From assembly GCA_964016885.1 (NCBI GenBank), contig OZ024742.1, forward strand, positions 138,136,001 through 138,200,000: a stretch of DNA of 64,000 nt, written 5' to 3'. Shown piece after piece: positions 1 to 11,920 of the stretch. Position numbers and translations under genes: made by a program. A model generated the notes under the pieces. That model was not told the origin of the DNA. It saw nothing but the letters and a program-made list of their open reading frames with translations, and searched no databases. Numbering within the stretch: position 1 is the first letter of the stretch; each line of letters opens with the position of its first letter. Source of the DNA: Eledone cirrhosa. Lineage: Eukaryota.

Positions 1-846
1 AGGGGGAGGGGGAGGAAGTCGGAACGGTAGGTAGAACAATGGGGGGTAGAAATAGGAAAGAAAAAATACTGAGAGTGAAGAAAAGCAAATAAGTGTAAAG
101 AAAAAAGTAAAGTAAATTAAATTCTACGACCTAGGTGTCAGGCTATTGTTAGGCGAGAATAAAATAAAGAAAGAAAGAAGTAAATAAATAAATAAATAAA
201 TAAATAAGGAAATAAGTAAAAGAACTAGGTGGGACGAGATAGGCAAGGACCCTTTTAAGAGGTATAAGTACGTAAATGATACGGTGACGGGCCAACAAAA
301 GGGGCCAAAATACTAAAGAGACTACCACGAAATAAACAATAAAGGTTTCCATCCCGGGCCAGCAACGACCCAGTGCAGCAAAGTGAACTTGTTCGAGATA
401 ATAATTCTGAGTCCCGAGAAAAATAAATACTAATGCTAACTCTAAAAGATCTAAAACAAGCTACATGAAAGTTCGTACGAAATAAAGGTAGAATACGGAA
501 AAATAAATTCAGAATCCACCCCGCCCAGAAGAAAAGCGAAGCAAGAAATACTGAAACGAAAAAATAAGGCATAAGTGCCACTAAGAAATATAGAGGGCAC
601 AGAGAATAGTGGGAGCGGTCGGAAAAAGGGGGCAAGTATCCGGGGTCTAAGCCAACTGCTATAAAGGGCGGAGTCCGCCAAATCTATCATAGACTAGGGG
701 AGGGGTGGTGGGGGTACTAAGGCTACATGGGGCCAAAGGGCAGCCTAAGTGGGCGAGAAAAGACGCCGACAAAGGAGAAGAGCTGGGGTAGAAGGACAAA
801 GGAGAGAGGGGGGGAAGGAAATAAAGGAAGCGATAAAAGAATACAA
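1..846 (-). repeat. Left arm of ~846-bp inverted repeat (partner 1759-2603)
   Basis: Mirror ORFs 451-690(-)/1916-2155(+) and 149-352(-)/2254-2457(+) differ by only a few substitutions. Confidence 0.95.
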
Positions 847-854
847 TATCCCGT

Positions 855-1682
855 TTGTCAGCTAATGAGCGGATATTCGATGAACATGCGCCTTATTACA
901 ACCAGGCCCTCAAGCGGAGTGGTTTCCGGGAGGAAATATCCTACTGTCCAGCTCCCATTAGCGGAACCAGCAGGAGACACCGCCGCTCACACAATGTAAC
1001 ATGGTTCAATCCTCCCCACAACGCAGAGGTGACTACTCCCATCGGGAAACTATTCTTTAGGCTCATTGAAAAACACTTCCCATTACAACACCGCCACCAC
1101 AACATAATTAACAAAAATACCATCAAACTCTCTTACAGCACTACACCAAACTTCGCACAAAACATCGTCTCCTCTAACAACAAAAAACTCAACCCCGATG
1201 GCAGAAATAACCTAAATAGCAGCGGAGAACCGACCAGGAGGTGTAACTGCCCGGATAGATCTATTTGCCCACTCGACAATAGATGCAGAGACCGTAATGT
1301 GATCTACCAGTGCAACGTGAGGACGGATACCTCCAACAAAGCCTATATAGGACTTACCGCATGTGACTTCAAGACCCGGCTATACCAACATAGACATAGC
1401 TTCCGAAACCCTGCCCGGCGTCACGCCACTACACTTTCGGGCCACATATGGGACCTCAAGGACAACAACATCACCTATGATCTCACTTGGAGATTACTGT
1501 CCAGAGCCAATTCTTACACGGGAGGACGCCGTCCGTGCAATTTATGCTCGGAGGAAACTTTACAAATGCTGTTTTCGACGGACCAACTCCTAAACAAGAA
1601 AGATGAACTGGTTACTGCATGTAAACATAGATTGCGTAGGACTTACCTCGCCCTCAAACCCCATAATGACCCGGGGGGGTAG
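855..1682 (+). CDS. C-terminal part of PLE polyprotein: RT thumb/linker, Cys-rich knuckle and GIY-YIG endonuclease (5'-truncated, RT core absent)
   Basis: Motifs WFNPP...KHFP...IKLSYS..PN, CNCxxxxxCPLxxxC, VIY-x10-YIG, FKTR..HR.SF and CNLC..E. There is no true ATG; the frame starts at the inversion junction. Confidence 0.85.
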   Translation: MSANERIFDEHAPYYNQALKRSGFREEISYCPAPISGTSRRHRRSHNVTWFNPPHNAEVTTPIGKLFFRLIEKHFPLQHRHHNIINKNTIKLSYSTTPNFAQNIVSSNNKKLNPDGRNNLNSSGEPTRRCNCPDRSICPLDNRCRDRNVIYQCNVRTDTSNKAYIGLTACDFKTRLYQHRHSFRNPARRHATTLSGHIWDLKDNNITYDLTWRLLSRANSYTGGRRPCNLCSEETLQMLFSTDQLLNKKDELVTACKHRLRRTYLALKPHNDPGG

Positions 1683-2784
1683 ACTAGGGCTATAACACCC
1701 CACTTGCCGATTTTGCAATGGGTAACCCCTGCTTGCCAAGGAAGACGTAAGACTTTCTTTGTATTATTTTATCGCTTCCTTTATTTCCTTCCCCCCTCTC
1801 TCCTTTGTCCTTCTACCCCAGCTCTTCTCCTTTGTCGGCGTCTTTTCTCGCCCACCCGAGGCTGCCCTTTGGCCCCATGTAGCCTTAGTACCCCCACCAC
1901 CCCCTCCCCTAGTCTATGATAGATTTGGCGGACTCCGCCCTTTATAGCAGTTGGCTTAGACCCCGGATACTTGCCCCCTTTTTCCGACCGCTCCCACTAT
2001 TCTCTGTGCCCTCTATATTTCTTAGTGGCACTTATGCCTTATTTTTTCGTTTCAGTATTTCTTGCTTCGCTTTTCTTCTGGGCGGGGTGGATTCTGAATT
2101 TATTTTTCCGTATTCTACCTTTATTTCGTACGAACTTTCATGTAGCTTGTTTTAGATCTTTTAGAGTTAGCATTAGTATTTATTTTTCTCGGGACTCAGA
2201 ATTATTATCTCGTACAAGTTCATTTTGCTGCACTGGGTCGTTGCTGGCCCGGGATGGAAACCTTTATTGTTTATTTCGTGGTAGTCTCTTTAGTATTTTG
2301 GCCCCTTTTGTTGACCCGTCACCGTATCATTTACGTACTTATACCTCTTAAAAGGGTCCTTGCCTATCTCGTCCCACCTAGTTCTTTTACTTATTTCCTT
2401 ATTTATTTATTTATTTATTTATTTACTTCTTTCTTTCTTTATTTTATTCTCGCCTAACAATAGCCTGACACTTAGGTCGTAGAATTTAATTTACTTTACT
2501 TTTCTTTACACTTATTTGCTTTTCTTCACTCTCAGTATTTTTTCTTTCCTATTTCTACCCCCCATTGTTCTACCTACCGTTCCGACTTCCTCCCCCTCCC
2601 CCTCCCCTGTATCTTCTTTGACCTCATGCCCAGCTGTAGCTGGCACTACCAACGCTTGATTGGGTCTACTCCACCCCCTCCCCTCTTTCTCCTACTGGCA
2701 GGTTTAGCCACCATCTCCCCTACTAATTTGCAACCACAGAATTACTACTGATTTTTGACAATCACTTTGACCATATATGGAATT

Positions 2785-2878
2785 ACCCCTTGAGAAGATC
2801 GGCTATTTAAATACCAGGATAAATTTTCACTTAGTCCAGAATTAGCCGTCGAAACGGCTTGAGCTCAGCTGTCGGGGT
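2785..2878 (+). ncRNA. Hammerhead-like fold in PLE 3' terminus with non-canonical core
   Basis: ACCCC-TTGAGAA-GA(T)CGGCTA...TAGCCGTC-GAAA-CGGCT..AGCTG-TC-GGGGT. Helices I, II and III pair, but the core deviates from CTGANGA at two positions. Confidence 0.45.
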
Positions 2879-3110
2879 CTTACTGGTTCCTATTACCCAC
2901 TCTACTACCTCAAGTATTGAGTACTTTGGTGCGTTATGGTCCACCTGGTTCCTTACCACATTTCCTTCGTTATATATATATATATATATATATGTATATC
3001 TCCAGTTCCTCAGTGAATTAACAACCAAACAAGGAACTGGGCATATCAGAGTATTGACAATATTATACACCTAAACAACATATATACTTGTCTATACCTC
3101 ACTAATTCAA

Positions 3111-3165
3111 ACTGCCTGAAGAGGTCACAGCCAAAGATCGCTGTCACTGAAATATATATACCAGT
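3111..3165 (+). ncRNA. Minimal type I hammerhead ribozyme
   Basis: ACTGC-CTGAAGA-GGTCACAGC..GCTGTCACT-GAAA-TATATA-TA-CCAGT. Helix III is palindromic and helix I has one mismatch. It lies in a TA-flanked element at ~2995-3310. Confidence 0.65.
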
Positions 3166-3350
3166 AATAAACGAAGCTAAATTTTAATCATTTGACTTTT
3201 ATTTAACTTTATTTTACACTACTCCGGAGTAACCAAATCAACCTGCGCACCTCGTCGAGTGCTCCAGCCTGCATACTGAGGTGTTGGTATACAACCAACA
3301 TAAACTCAAAATATATCTATTTATATATATATATCATTAATACAGAAATG

Positions 3351-3397
3351 GCTTCTACAGGGCTAGAACTGTTTCATTCGAAGGAAATCATCAGAAC
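3351..3397 (-). ncRNA. Type I hammerhead motif (helix I truncated by a CA microsatellite)
   Basis: Reverse complement GTT-CTGATGA-TTTCCTTCGAAT-GAAA-CAG..CTG-TA-GAAGC. A degenerate sister copy lies at ~5090-5150 on the + strand. Confidence 0.55.
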
Positions 3398-3425
3398 ACA
3401 ACACACACACACACACACATGTATG

Positions 3426-3502
<77 letters not shown>

Positions 3503-3703
3503 TATTAAGGATACTATTTATGGTTATGTATATACTAAAACCTTTTATAGTTATATATATTTTAAACGCTAAATAGTGAAAGACAGTAATTTATTACTAT
3601 CTTATTACCAGTAAGATAAATAGCTCAATGTAACAACATCAGTTGTTTTACAGAGCAGTTATATAGAAAGTACATGAATCAAAGTTCTGTTTAACTAATT
3701 TAT

Positions 3704-3752
3704 TTGCTTACAATTGTTTCTTCCAAACCGAGGTTTGGCGGCTTCGGAGCAA
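3704..3752 (-). ncRNA. Hammerhead-like motif with mutated core
   Basis: Reverse complement TTGCT-CCGAAGC-CGCCAAACC.GGTTTGGAA-GAAA-CAATTG-TA-AGCAA. Helix I is perfect and helix III palindromic, but the core is CCGAAGC instead of CTGANGA. Confidence 0.45.
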
Positions 3753-5215
3753 TTATTCAGTGATTTTTTACATACTTGACCCCCTTTTCAACACAAGAGA
3801 CATATAGAAACATATGTATATATTGACCCACAGTGGGTTGACATCCATTATAATAATATAGCATGGCAATTTACATACAAAGATTACAGTCATATTAAAG
3901 GACAAAATTAAAGTTAAAATTAAAATTAAAATTAAAATTAAAATTAAAATAAAACATTGGCAGTTTACGAAGATAAAGCAAGAGGATAGTTTGGAGTAGC
4001 CAGTATATGCAACAGTCACACGTGAGGCATGCACGCGTGTCCTATTTATACAAGATTATAGTGCGGCAGATTGTTACATGTAAAACAAGCAGTCAAATCA
4101 GGCAATCAAGAGCATCATGGATGCTATACTAGTAAAGCATTTTTCACACACACCTGTACGATATAGAAGCCTGTGTGTAGAGAAACACCAAAAATATCAA
4201 AAATATTACAAATTAGAAGCAAAACAGCACCACTGTCCTCGCACACACCACCACTCTCACAATCCAGGAAACGCAATTTATAGACTACATGTCCATCACA
4301 CAATCCACGATGATTCAACATTGGGTGCCTGGTAAACCATGTTAGAACATCACAGCTTGTCGTTCTCTAATTCGTTTCTATAGAGCAGGTTGTTTTTGTT
4401 GTGAGAGTTGACATCGTATTATATTCCAGAAGTGTGTGTGTGATTAAGGGGAGTTAATGCGTAAGGGGAGGTAACTAGCTTTTTTCTATAGCTAAATTTA
4501 TCATGCTAAAGTACATTAATGGTGTCTCAAATGAGTCCCTATCATATAAGGTTATAAACAATTTCTAAATTTAAGTATCTTATCTATAAATTACATTGTA
4601 GTCTATCAAGAAGTACTAAAGGTATTCATATTAGGATGATTACCTTCTATCATAGAGTGCCACAACCGAATATTCTACATGAAGAGTCAGATCTCCAAAT
4701 CAATGATCTTTGTAAGTGTAGTCCACCCGCAGGACCTGGCAGGGTCTTATTAGAATCACTTATATATATGACTCCTGGTAAGCTCTGGGACATTGCATGT
4801 CTGATTGCATGGCAAAGTTATATATCACTATGGTAGTCTAGAGATCAATTCTCACTTACAATGACACTAATCTGACCATCAAGTCATACATGTATGTATA
4901 ACTCATACATCACCTGTACATAATTCATTGCACTCAGCATATAGTTTATATAGCTCTTTTATGTTAATAAATTAATTACTTAATCTTCCATTTATCCAAT
5001 GATGGCACTCCATATACAGAACAATGTTAGCACAACCAATTCCGTGCTTGAAGTTTACATTAATTATATATTGGTGTAATGTAGTCAGGGCTTTCTTGAT
5101 TCCCTTTGAATGAAACAGTCCTAGTCCTTTAGCAGCCATTTCTATATTAAGCATTATATACTCTGCTATGTATTGAGTACCTTAATTACTGTGGCTACCC
5201 TCAATTGAACCCGAG

Positions 5216-5273
<58 letters not shown>

Positions 5274-5871
5274 CATTAAACAACTTTTACCATTAAACAA
5301 CTTTTATCATAATACATGAAAACATACAATATGTTTATGTATAAACAGGCATCATTGCTATCACAATCGGTGGTCAAATGACTTCAGTCATTTCCTAATT
5401 AATGCCAACCAGGCAAACCTGCCCTCTATGAGTATGTTGCGAAATGTCCTGTTTGTTAAAATATACAGAATCTAGTTGCTTCTTTAACTCAGTACAACGT
5501 GAGTAAACGTTACTGAAGATGGTTAAAAATCTTGAAACACTAGCCTTGTCTGTTGATGTAACTTTGGAATGAGCTGAATTTAACATACCAACAACTACTA
5601 GACATATTCCTGATTATTTCAAATAAACAAATTGTATATACCTTCATACACCTCGATTATTTATCTATCTTTCGTTGATAGTAGACGTGTGTTACTTCGG
5701 CTGCATCCTGTTTGGATTTGTATTACGTTTTTGACTGTGAGTTTGTGTTTCATTTGTTTTATTTGTGTGACCTAACCTCACGCCTGGACTTGCAGACGGG
5801 TGGTTATTTTATTTTTACCCCTTTTTGGGAGTAAAAACTACTTTGAAAAATGTGTATACCAACTTACAATA

Positions 5872-7820
5872 ATGGACAGCATATATGAAAACACCACTGC
5901 CACGCCCCCCAGGGAAAGTGATAAAGAGGAACAAGTAAGTCAACCTACTGAAGCTTCTCTTCTCTCGCTTTCGCATGCGAGTATGGAAGCGGATTTGGCG
6001 AACAATTGTAAAAACTTGGGTAATAACCCAAACAATGGAGACAGTAAATTGAAATAATGTATAAATTACACTGACACAAACAACACAAACACAAATAACA
6101 AAGAAAATAACAGAAACACACACAAAAGCGAAAACAGCAGCAACAATGACAAAGAGAACAACATAAATGTGAACTGAAAACACGAAAAAATGGGTGAAAA
6201 CCCAAAAACTGTACCGCAAACAACAACCAAAACGCAAACACCCAAGAAAACAAGAACAACAGCAACGAAACACACAAAAAAAGACCCCACTACACGAATA
6301 TCCTTTGCCCAGGTCGTTAAGGAGACCGAAACTTTCACCCCAGTTGACATCAGTAATGCAGTGGAATTGCTAAAAGAGGGGAGAAAACAGGTGAGCTTTG
6401 GTGAAAACAGTGAATTCACCATAATCTCACCTAAGGATATTAATTGTCCTAAGAACAATTAATTTTAGAACTATGTCAAATGCGTCGAAAAGACCAGCTC
6501 ATTTATCGCATAGCGAAATTCAGCGGGTGTTAAAAGACGCGTTGAAGGACATGATTTTTATTGAGAGAGGGAAGTTATATGGGAGTCTGATAATTTTGAT
6601 GAAGGACCAATTGATGGCCCAAAAATACTCGGTGTCGCCAATTGTGTCCAAACAGTGCACTTTCTTCCCCTCCTACATGGGGAAGAAAACTCAAGAAATA
6701 ACAATCTTCGGTATACACCCAAATACAAATATGTGGTGGATACTAGGATGGATACTGGACGACGAAGATGAATTCCTTAATATAGGTAAAGCCACCAGGG
6801 GCCACTTTGGCGGTATAGGCATACAGGTTCTGGTTCGTATGAAACCAGAACGTATCGCAAAGATACCCCAAAGAGTGTCCCTGGAAGGCTCCCAATTTAT
6901 GGACATTGCAGTTGAGGGTAGGCGGCTCGCTTGCTACCTCTGTGGAGGCAGAGGTCACCTGGGGGCTGCCTGTCCTCAACAAACTAAAAAACCTTTACTG
7001 CCAACACCTCCAAAAACAACAACAACACCACCACCACAACAACAATAAACACAAGTCAACAAAAAGCTGAACACGGACCCACCCAGTCCCTCCACACGCA
7101 AAACAACTCCACAAACAAAAACACAAGCACCACCAACACCAACACCACCCCAAAAACAACAAACACAACAAGTCAACAAAAAACTTGACACGGTCCCACC
7201 CAACCCCTCCCCACCTAAAACTACTCCAACAACATACATAACAAAACCCCAAAATATACCCCTCCCGTCCAATATGGAATAGGATCGCTTAATATCAGAA
7301 GACGAGGGGGAACCCTCCCAAAAAATGAAGCGAAAAAAAAGAAAACACACCGCACACGCGCAAAGAAAAATAACTCCTCCCAAAAACTAAACACCAAAAA
7401 GTACAGAACAAAAACCAACAAAAATTACACAGACGCAGCTGTACACATACTTCAACACAAAAAATATAAAACTTGTAACCAAAATTGAACAAAACCCTTC
7501 GGTTTGCACCGAAGGGCCAAATTTCACGAGGGATACAGAGAACCCCCTCTTTAAAAATGAGTAAAATTCCGATAGACATTTATATAGAACTAAAGGACCA
7601 TTTTCCTGAGGACGTGTGCCTCGTCTGTGTAAAACCAATGAACCACGTCCTCTTGAAATATTTCCCCACCCCCACCCCAGACACCTACATACCACCAAAC
7701 ACCCCAACCTCACCACGCTCTGATGTCCCCACGCCACCACAAACCACCACCCCACCCAACAACTCCTCCCTTACCCCCATGGAAGTTGTGCAGCCCGGTC
7801 CCCGCGACGTAAGGAGGTAG
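5872..7820 (+). pseudogene. Tx1-like ORF1 (gag-like, zinc knuckle), interrupted by stops and frameshifts
   Basis: CYLCGGRGHLGAAC knuckle in 6473-7048, an SFAQVVK motif and long Thr/Pro/Lys low-complexity tracts. Confidence 0.7.
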
Positions 7821-7854
7821 GTGCCTTTTCTTTTTCTTCCCCTTTGCCGACAAC

Positions 7855-10800
7855 ATGGCTGTATTGAGAGTAAGATGTTTGAATGCACGTGGCCTGAGCT
7901 CACCTTGGAAGCAGGCAAAACTTCTAAATGACTTCAGGTCGCGCAGTATAAATGTCATGGCTATTTGCGAGTCATGGGTCAGCAGTGAACGCCAGCTAGC
8001 CGCCACCTTTAACGACTTTGAGATCTATGCATCTCTCTGTCAGCCAGGAGGTGGGGGTGGGGTTGTCGTTCTGCTGCAAAAACACCTGGGCCTCGCAACC
8101 CGGAAGGTCGACTGGTTGTACTAGACGTTGGCAGTGGTGAAGGTGGAGCCTTTAGGCTGGTCGCCGCCGGACTTCTTCCAACGTCTAGAGACTTTTCTAG
8201 GGACGTCCCGCTCCTTGCTTTTAGAGGGGGACTGGAATGGTATCCTAGATGCACGTTGGGACTATGTAGGGGCATGTCTCGATAGAGGGGGTGTAACAGC
8301 CTCAAACGGTTAATCAGCCGATTTGACCTGGCCGATAGATATCGACTAGATTTTCCGACTGCGCCAATCTGGACTTGGACTAACCTCAGCGGATCATCTA
8401 GGTCGTACCTAGATAGGGTCCTAGTTAGAAATAAGGGCAGGGACCTACTAAGTTGTCCAGAGATTCGCATGGTTGGCTATTCAGATCACAAATTAGTGAC
8501 CTGCTTAGTCAACCTTGATAGAACGCATAGACAGGGACCCGGTTACATAAAGCTGAACTTGTCCTTACCGGGAAGTAAAGCTTACAGGGATCGGATTAGC
8601 GCTTTAGTTAAGGAACGGTTGACGGGGGCTATCGTCAACAGCAGGTGGTGGGGATCTCTCAAGAGAGAGATTAGAATAGTCTCGATAGGTTTTAGTAAGG
8701 AATTAGCCTCAGATAGGAATAGGAAGGAAAGGGAATTGGTAGATAGAGTAGAAGAGGCGATTAGAAGCAGCAACGTAGCCAGAGTGCTAGCGTCGAGAAA
8801 AGCCTTAGACCAGTTTTTCGACGCGAAGCACAAAGGCTGCGTTGTCAGAAGCAAAATACGTGCTCTAGGAAACGAGGGGGTCAAAGCTGTTAGCTGGGCC
8901 CGCGTAACAGAAGCCAAAAGTGGGATTAAATCCACTATCCGGTCTTTGAAGGACCAGGATGGACGGGGGATCCTTGAACCTGGACAGATGTGTGAGGCCT
9001 TTCAAAGGCACTTTGCACGACTGTTCGGGAGGGACAGGGGGGCCGGATGGTTTGCAACTCGGCGCGTGGCTGGGAAAATCGATACCCTCCGACGGCGTCG
9101 TCGGACGCTGGACGAAGGGCTCGGTAAAGCTGCTCGGGGTTTGGTTCGGACCAGACATCCAGGTGGAGAAGAACTTGGGTGAAGTAACGAACAGAGTGTT
9201 TGCTCTGGCCCAGAAGTGGGCCGAGCGCAAACTATCCCTGAAAGGTTGGGCGGAGGTGACGAACGCTTATATAGCGTCCGTCATCTATTACCGCTTGACT
9301 GTCGTGCCTTGCCCAGGTGAAACGCTCACCAAAATGTAGCACGCACTCTTCCAATTCCTTTGAAAGAAGCGGGCTCCTTTGGTGAGGAGATCCATCTGCT
9401 GTTAACATCCTCAAAAGCCAAAAGTGGGATTAAATCCACTATCCGGTCTTTGAAGGACCAGGATGGACGGGTGATCCTTGAACCTGGACAGATGTGTGAG
9501 GCCTTGCAAAGGCACTTTGCACAACTGTTCGGGAGGGGCAGGGGGCCGGATGGGGATGTGGATTTCGGTCCATACCTCGACGGCCTATCGCATCTTTCGA
9601 ACGAGGAGGCGAAGTCCTGCGAAAGGCCGCTTTCAGCTACTGAAATAGGGGACGTGCTGAGCCAATGCGGCAAACGCAAATCCCCGGGTCTCGATGGTCT
9701 TCCATACGAACTTTATGTAACGATGCCGGACCTTTTCTTCGATCTCCTCGGGGATGTCTACTGCAACTGGCAAGAGAACGCGAGAATTCCTGTTCTGTGA
9801 CCAAGGGCTTAGTCTCGCTAGTGAGGAAGGACGAGATCAAGGGGCTGTGAAATAAGTAATTTCAGGCCCATAACTCTGCTAAATGCGGAGTTAAAGAGGT
9901 TGGCGCTTGTCTTGGGCAACCTGGTGGGAGATGCGCAAACATGCGCTATTCCGTCCAGGTCCATTCACGACAACCTCCACCTCATGCGATACATCATAGA
10001 GAGGGTAGGGAATGAACCCGGCTTTGGTGGGGCCCTGATCAACTTTGATCAATCTAAGGCGTTCGACAGGGTCGACCATGGTTACCTGGATGCGGTGCTA
10101 GCCGCGGCAGGTTTCGGACCCGTTTTCAGGGGCTGGATTACTGCCATGCTGTGCATGGCAGTAATCTGCTCGAGGGTCAAGGTGAACGGCTATATCTCGG
10201 AGCCGTTCCAAATCGCGCGGTACATCCAGCAGGGGTATCCTCATCCTCCCTTCTGTGTGTGCTGGCTCTCGAGTCACTGCTGTGGAAGTTGGAGTTGTTG
10301 CAGAGCATCCCCTTGGAACCGGGATTGCGGAAAGCGGTATCGGCATACGCCGATGATGTGACAGTAGTTGTGTCGAGTACCTCGGCACCTTACTGGAAGA
10401 ATACGAAAGGTTTACAGGGGCGAAGCTGAAGCGGGACAAGTCCGTCGGTTTGCAACTCGGCGCGTGGATGGACAAACCGATGCCCTCCGACGGCGTCGTC
10501 GGACGCTGGACAGAGTGCCCGGTAAAGCTGCTCGGGGTTTGGTTCGGACCAGACCTCCAGGGTGTTTACATTGGCCCAGATGTGGGCCGAGCGCAAACTA
10601 TCCCTGAAAGGTCGGGCGGAGGTGGCGAACGTTTATATAGCGTCCGTCATCTATTACCGCTTGACTGTCGTGCCTTGCCCAGGTGAAACGCTCACCAAAA
10701 TGTAGCTCGCACTCTTCCAATTCCTTTGGAAAAAGCGGGCTCCTTTGGTGAGGAGATCCATCTGCTGTTAACACCCTTCGAAAGTAGGGCTGCGGATGCC

Positions 10801-11669
10801 GTGGCTGCAGATGCGTAAATACGCATTAAGGCTACGGCACCTCCAGGTATTCCTCACTGGTGACCGGTATAGGCCCTGTTTGTGAGGCGAACCTTTCTGA
10901 GACTCGTCTTACCGAGCTGCAATCCTGGGTCAAGCAAAGACCGAGAAAACTGGGCGCCTGGCACACGGAGTGTGCTCAGGCGCTCACGGATCTCTGGCAG
11001 GTGGACCCAGCTATCAGTGGAGACTCCACCTCGACATTCTATAGAGGGTTCGTCAGCAGCAGGTGCGATGACGCCCTCGAAGAAGCCCTAGGCATCGAGG
11101 AGGAAGAACTGGCCAGCTTGTTCGGTAGGACATTTGGCCCGGGACAGATGGACAACTTGCAGAGGTCCCTGGCCTGGAAGTGCTACCGTGGGGCTCTGGC
11201 CGTTCGAGACAAGCTCTACAGGCACCCGGGTAGGGACCCTTCAAAAAAGATCTGTCCGAGATGCGTGCGCGACGAGGAAACCGTCGCGTACGCATTGGTA
11301 CACTGCCCGGGCGTTGCCGACCTGTGGGGCTATATGGAACGACTGCTGTCACGGGTCGGACCAATCCGGTTGACCACCGAGTCCATTGTTACGATAAAAC
11401 TGCCTCCCCCATTCAAAAACGAAGGAGAGGCGGTCTTCCTCTGTGTAATAGCCATGGTGAAAGAGGTTGTATGGTGGACTCGTTTGAAAGGACTAAGGTC
11501 GGACACCTTTCTCTCCGGCCAACAACTGGTCCTTTTCTTCCGATATCATTTCGGAAGAAGGATCAGGATGGAGAGAGAGGTGCTGTACCCCAGCAAGTTT
11601 TATGAAAGATGGGTGAAAGTGGCGAGAATGGCCCGTGTGAATCAGCCTTCTCTCTACATCAGCCTGTAG
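7855..11669 (+). pseudogene. Tx1-like ORF2 (APE endonuclease and reverse transcriptase), frameshifted
   Basis: MAVLRVRCLNARGL, GDWN, SYLDRV, SDHKLV, KSPGLDGLPYE, FRPITLLN, DQSKAFDRVDH, YADD and CPRC..ETV...VHC are spread over several frames. Confidence 0.9.
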
Positions 11670-11920
11670 GTGGAAAGAATAGGAGAAGAAGGGAGCACCC
11701 TCTCTTTGTGCTTCCAAGGAGAAGGATTGCACATTTTTTCTGGGGGTGTGACCCCCAAAACTCCCCCTCCCTATTGAGCACTTCGATTATTTTATTTTGT
11801 TTGTTATATTTTTGTACTCGTTTTATTGTATGTACCCCCCCCCCCTTTGTATTTGTCCCAATCTTTTATGCTCTGGTGGCAAATAAATAGAAAGTTATCT
11901 ATCTATCTATCTATCTATGT

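Larger units (their letters stand above)
1..2970 (+). mobile_element. 5'-truncated Penelope-like element (Naiad/Neptune-type) with inverted 5' copy of its 3' region; left edge runs off the window
   Basis: GIY-YIG ORF at 855-1682. Positions 1-846 are the reverse complement of ~1759-2603. The 3' end (...CCTTCGT) abuts a (TA)n tract at 2971. Confidence 0.85.
5671..11895 (+). mobile_element. Near full-length, decayed Tx1/L1-clade non-LTR retrotransposon
   Basis: 5' UTR, ORF1 with CCHC knuckle, ORF2 with APE, RT and C-terminal CxxC..HxxxxC-type zinc motif, and a 3' AATAAA followed by (CTAT)n. Confidence 0.9.

Noticed and set aside
149-690. Hydrophobic ORFs duplicated in both IR arms
   Set aside because: They come from the T-rich PLE 3' UTR; the duplication reflects the inversion, not coding conservation.
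855-1682. Selenocysteine recoding as in some Naiad PLEs
   Set aside because: There is no in-frame TGA in the visible ORF, which ends in TAG.
5505-5556. HHR CTGAAGA...GAAA-CA..TG-TC
   Set aside because: The core is intact but helices I and II pair poorly, so it is not listed as a feature.
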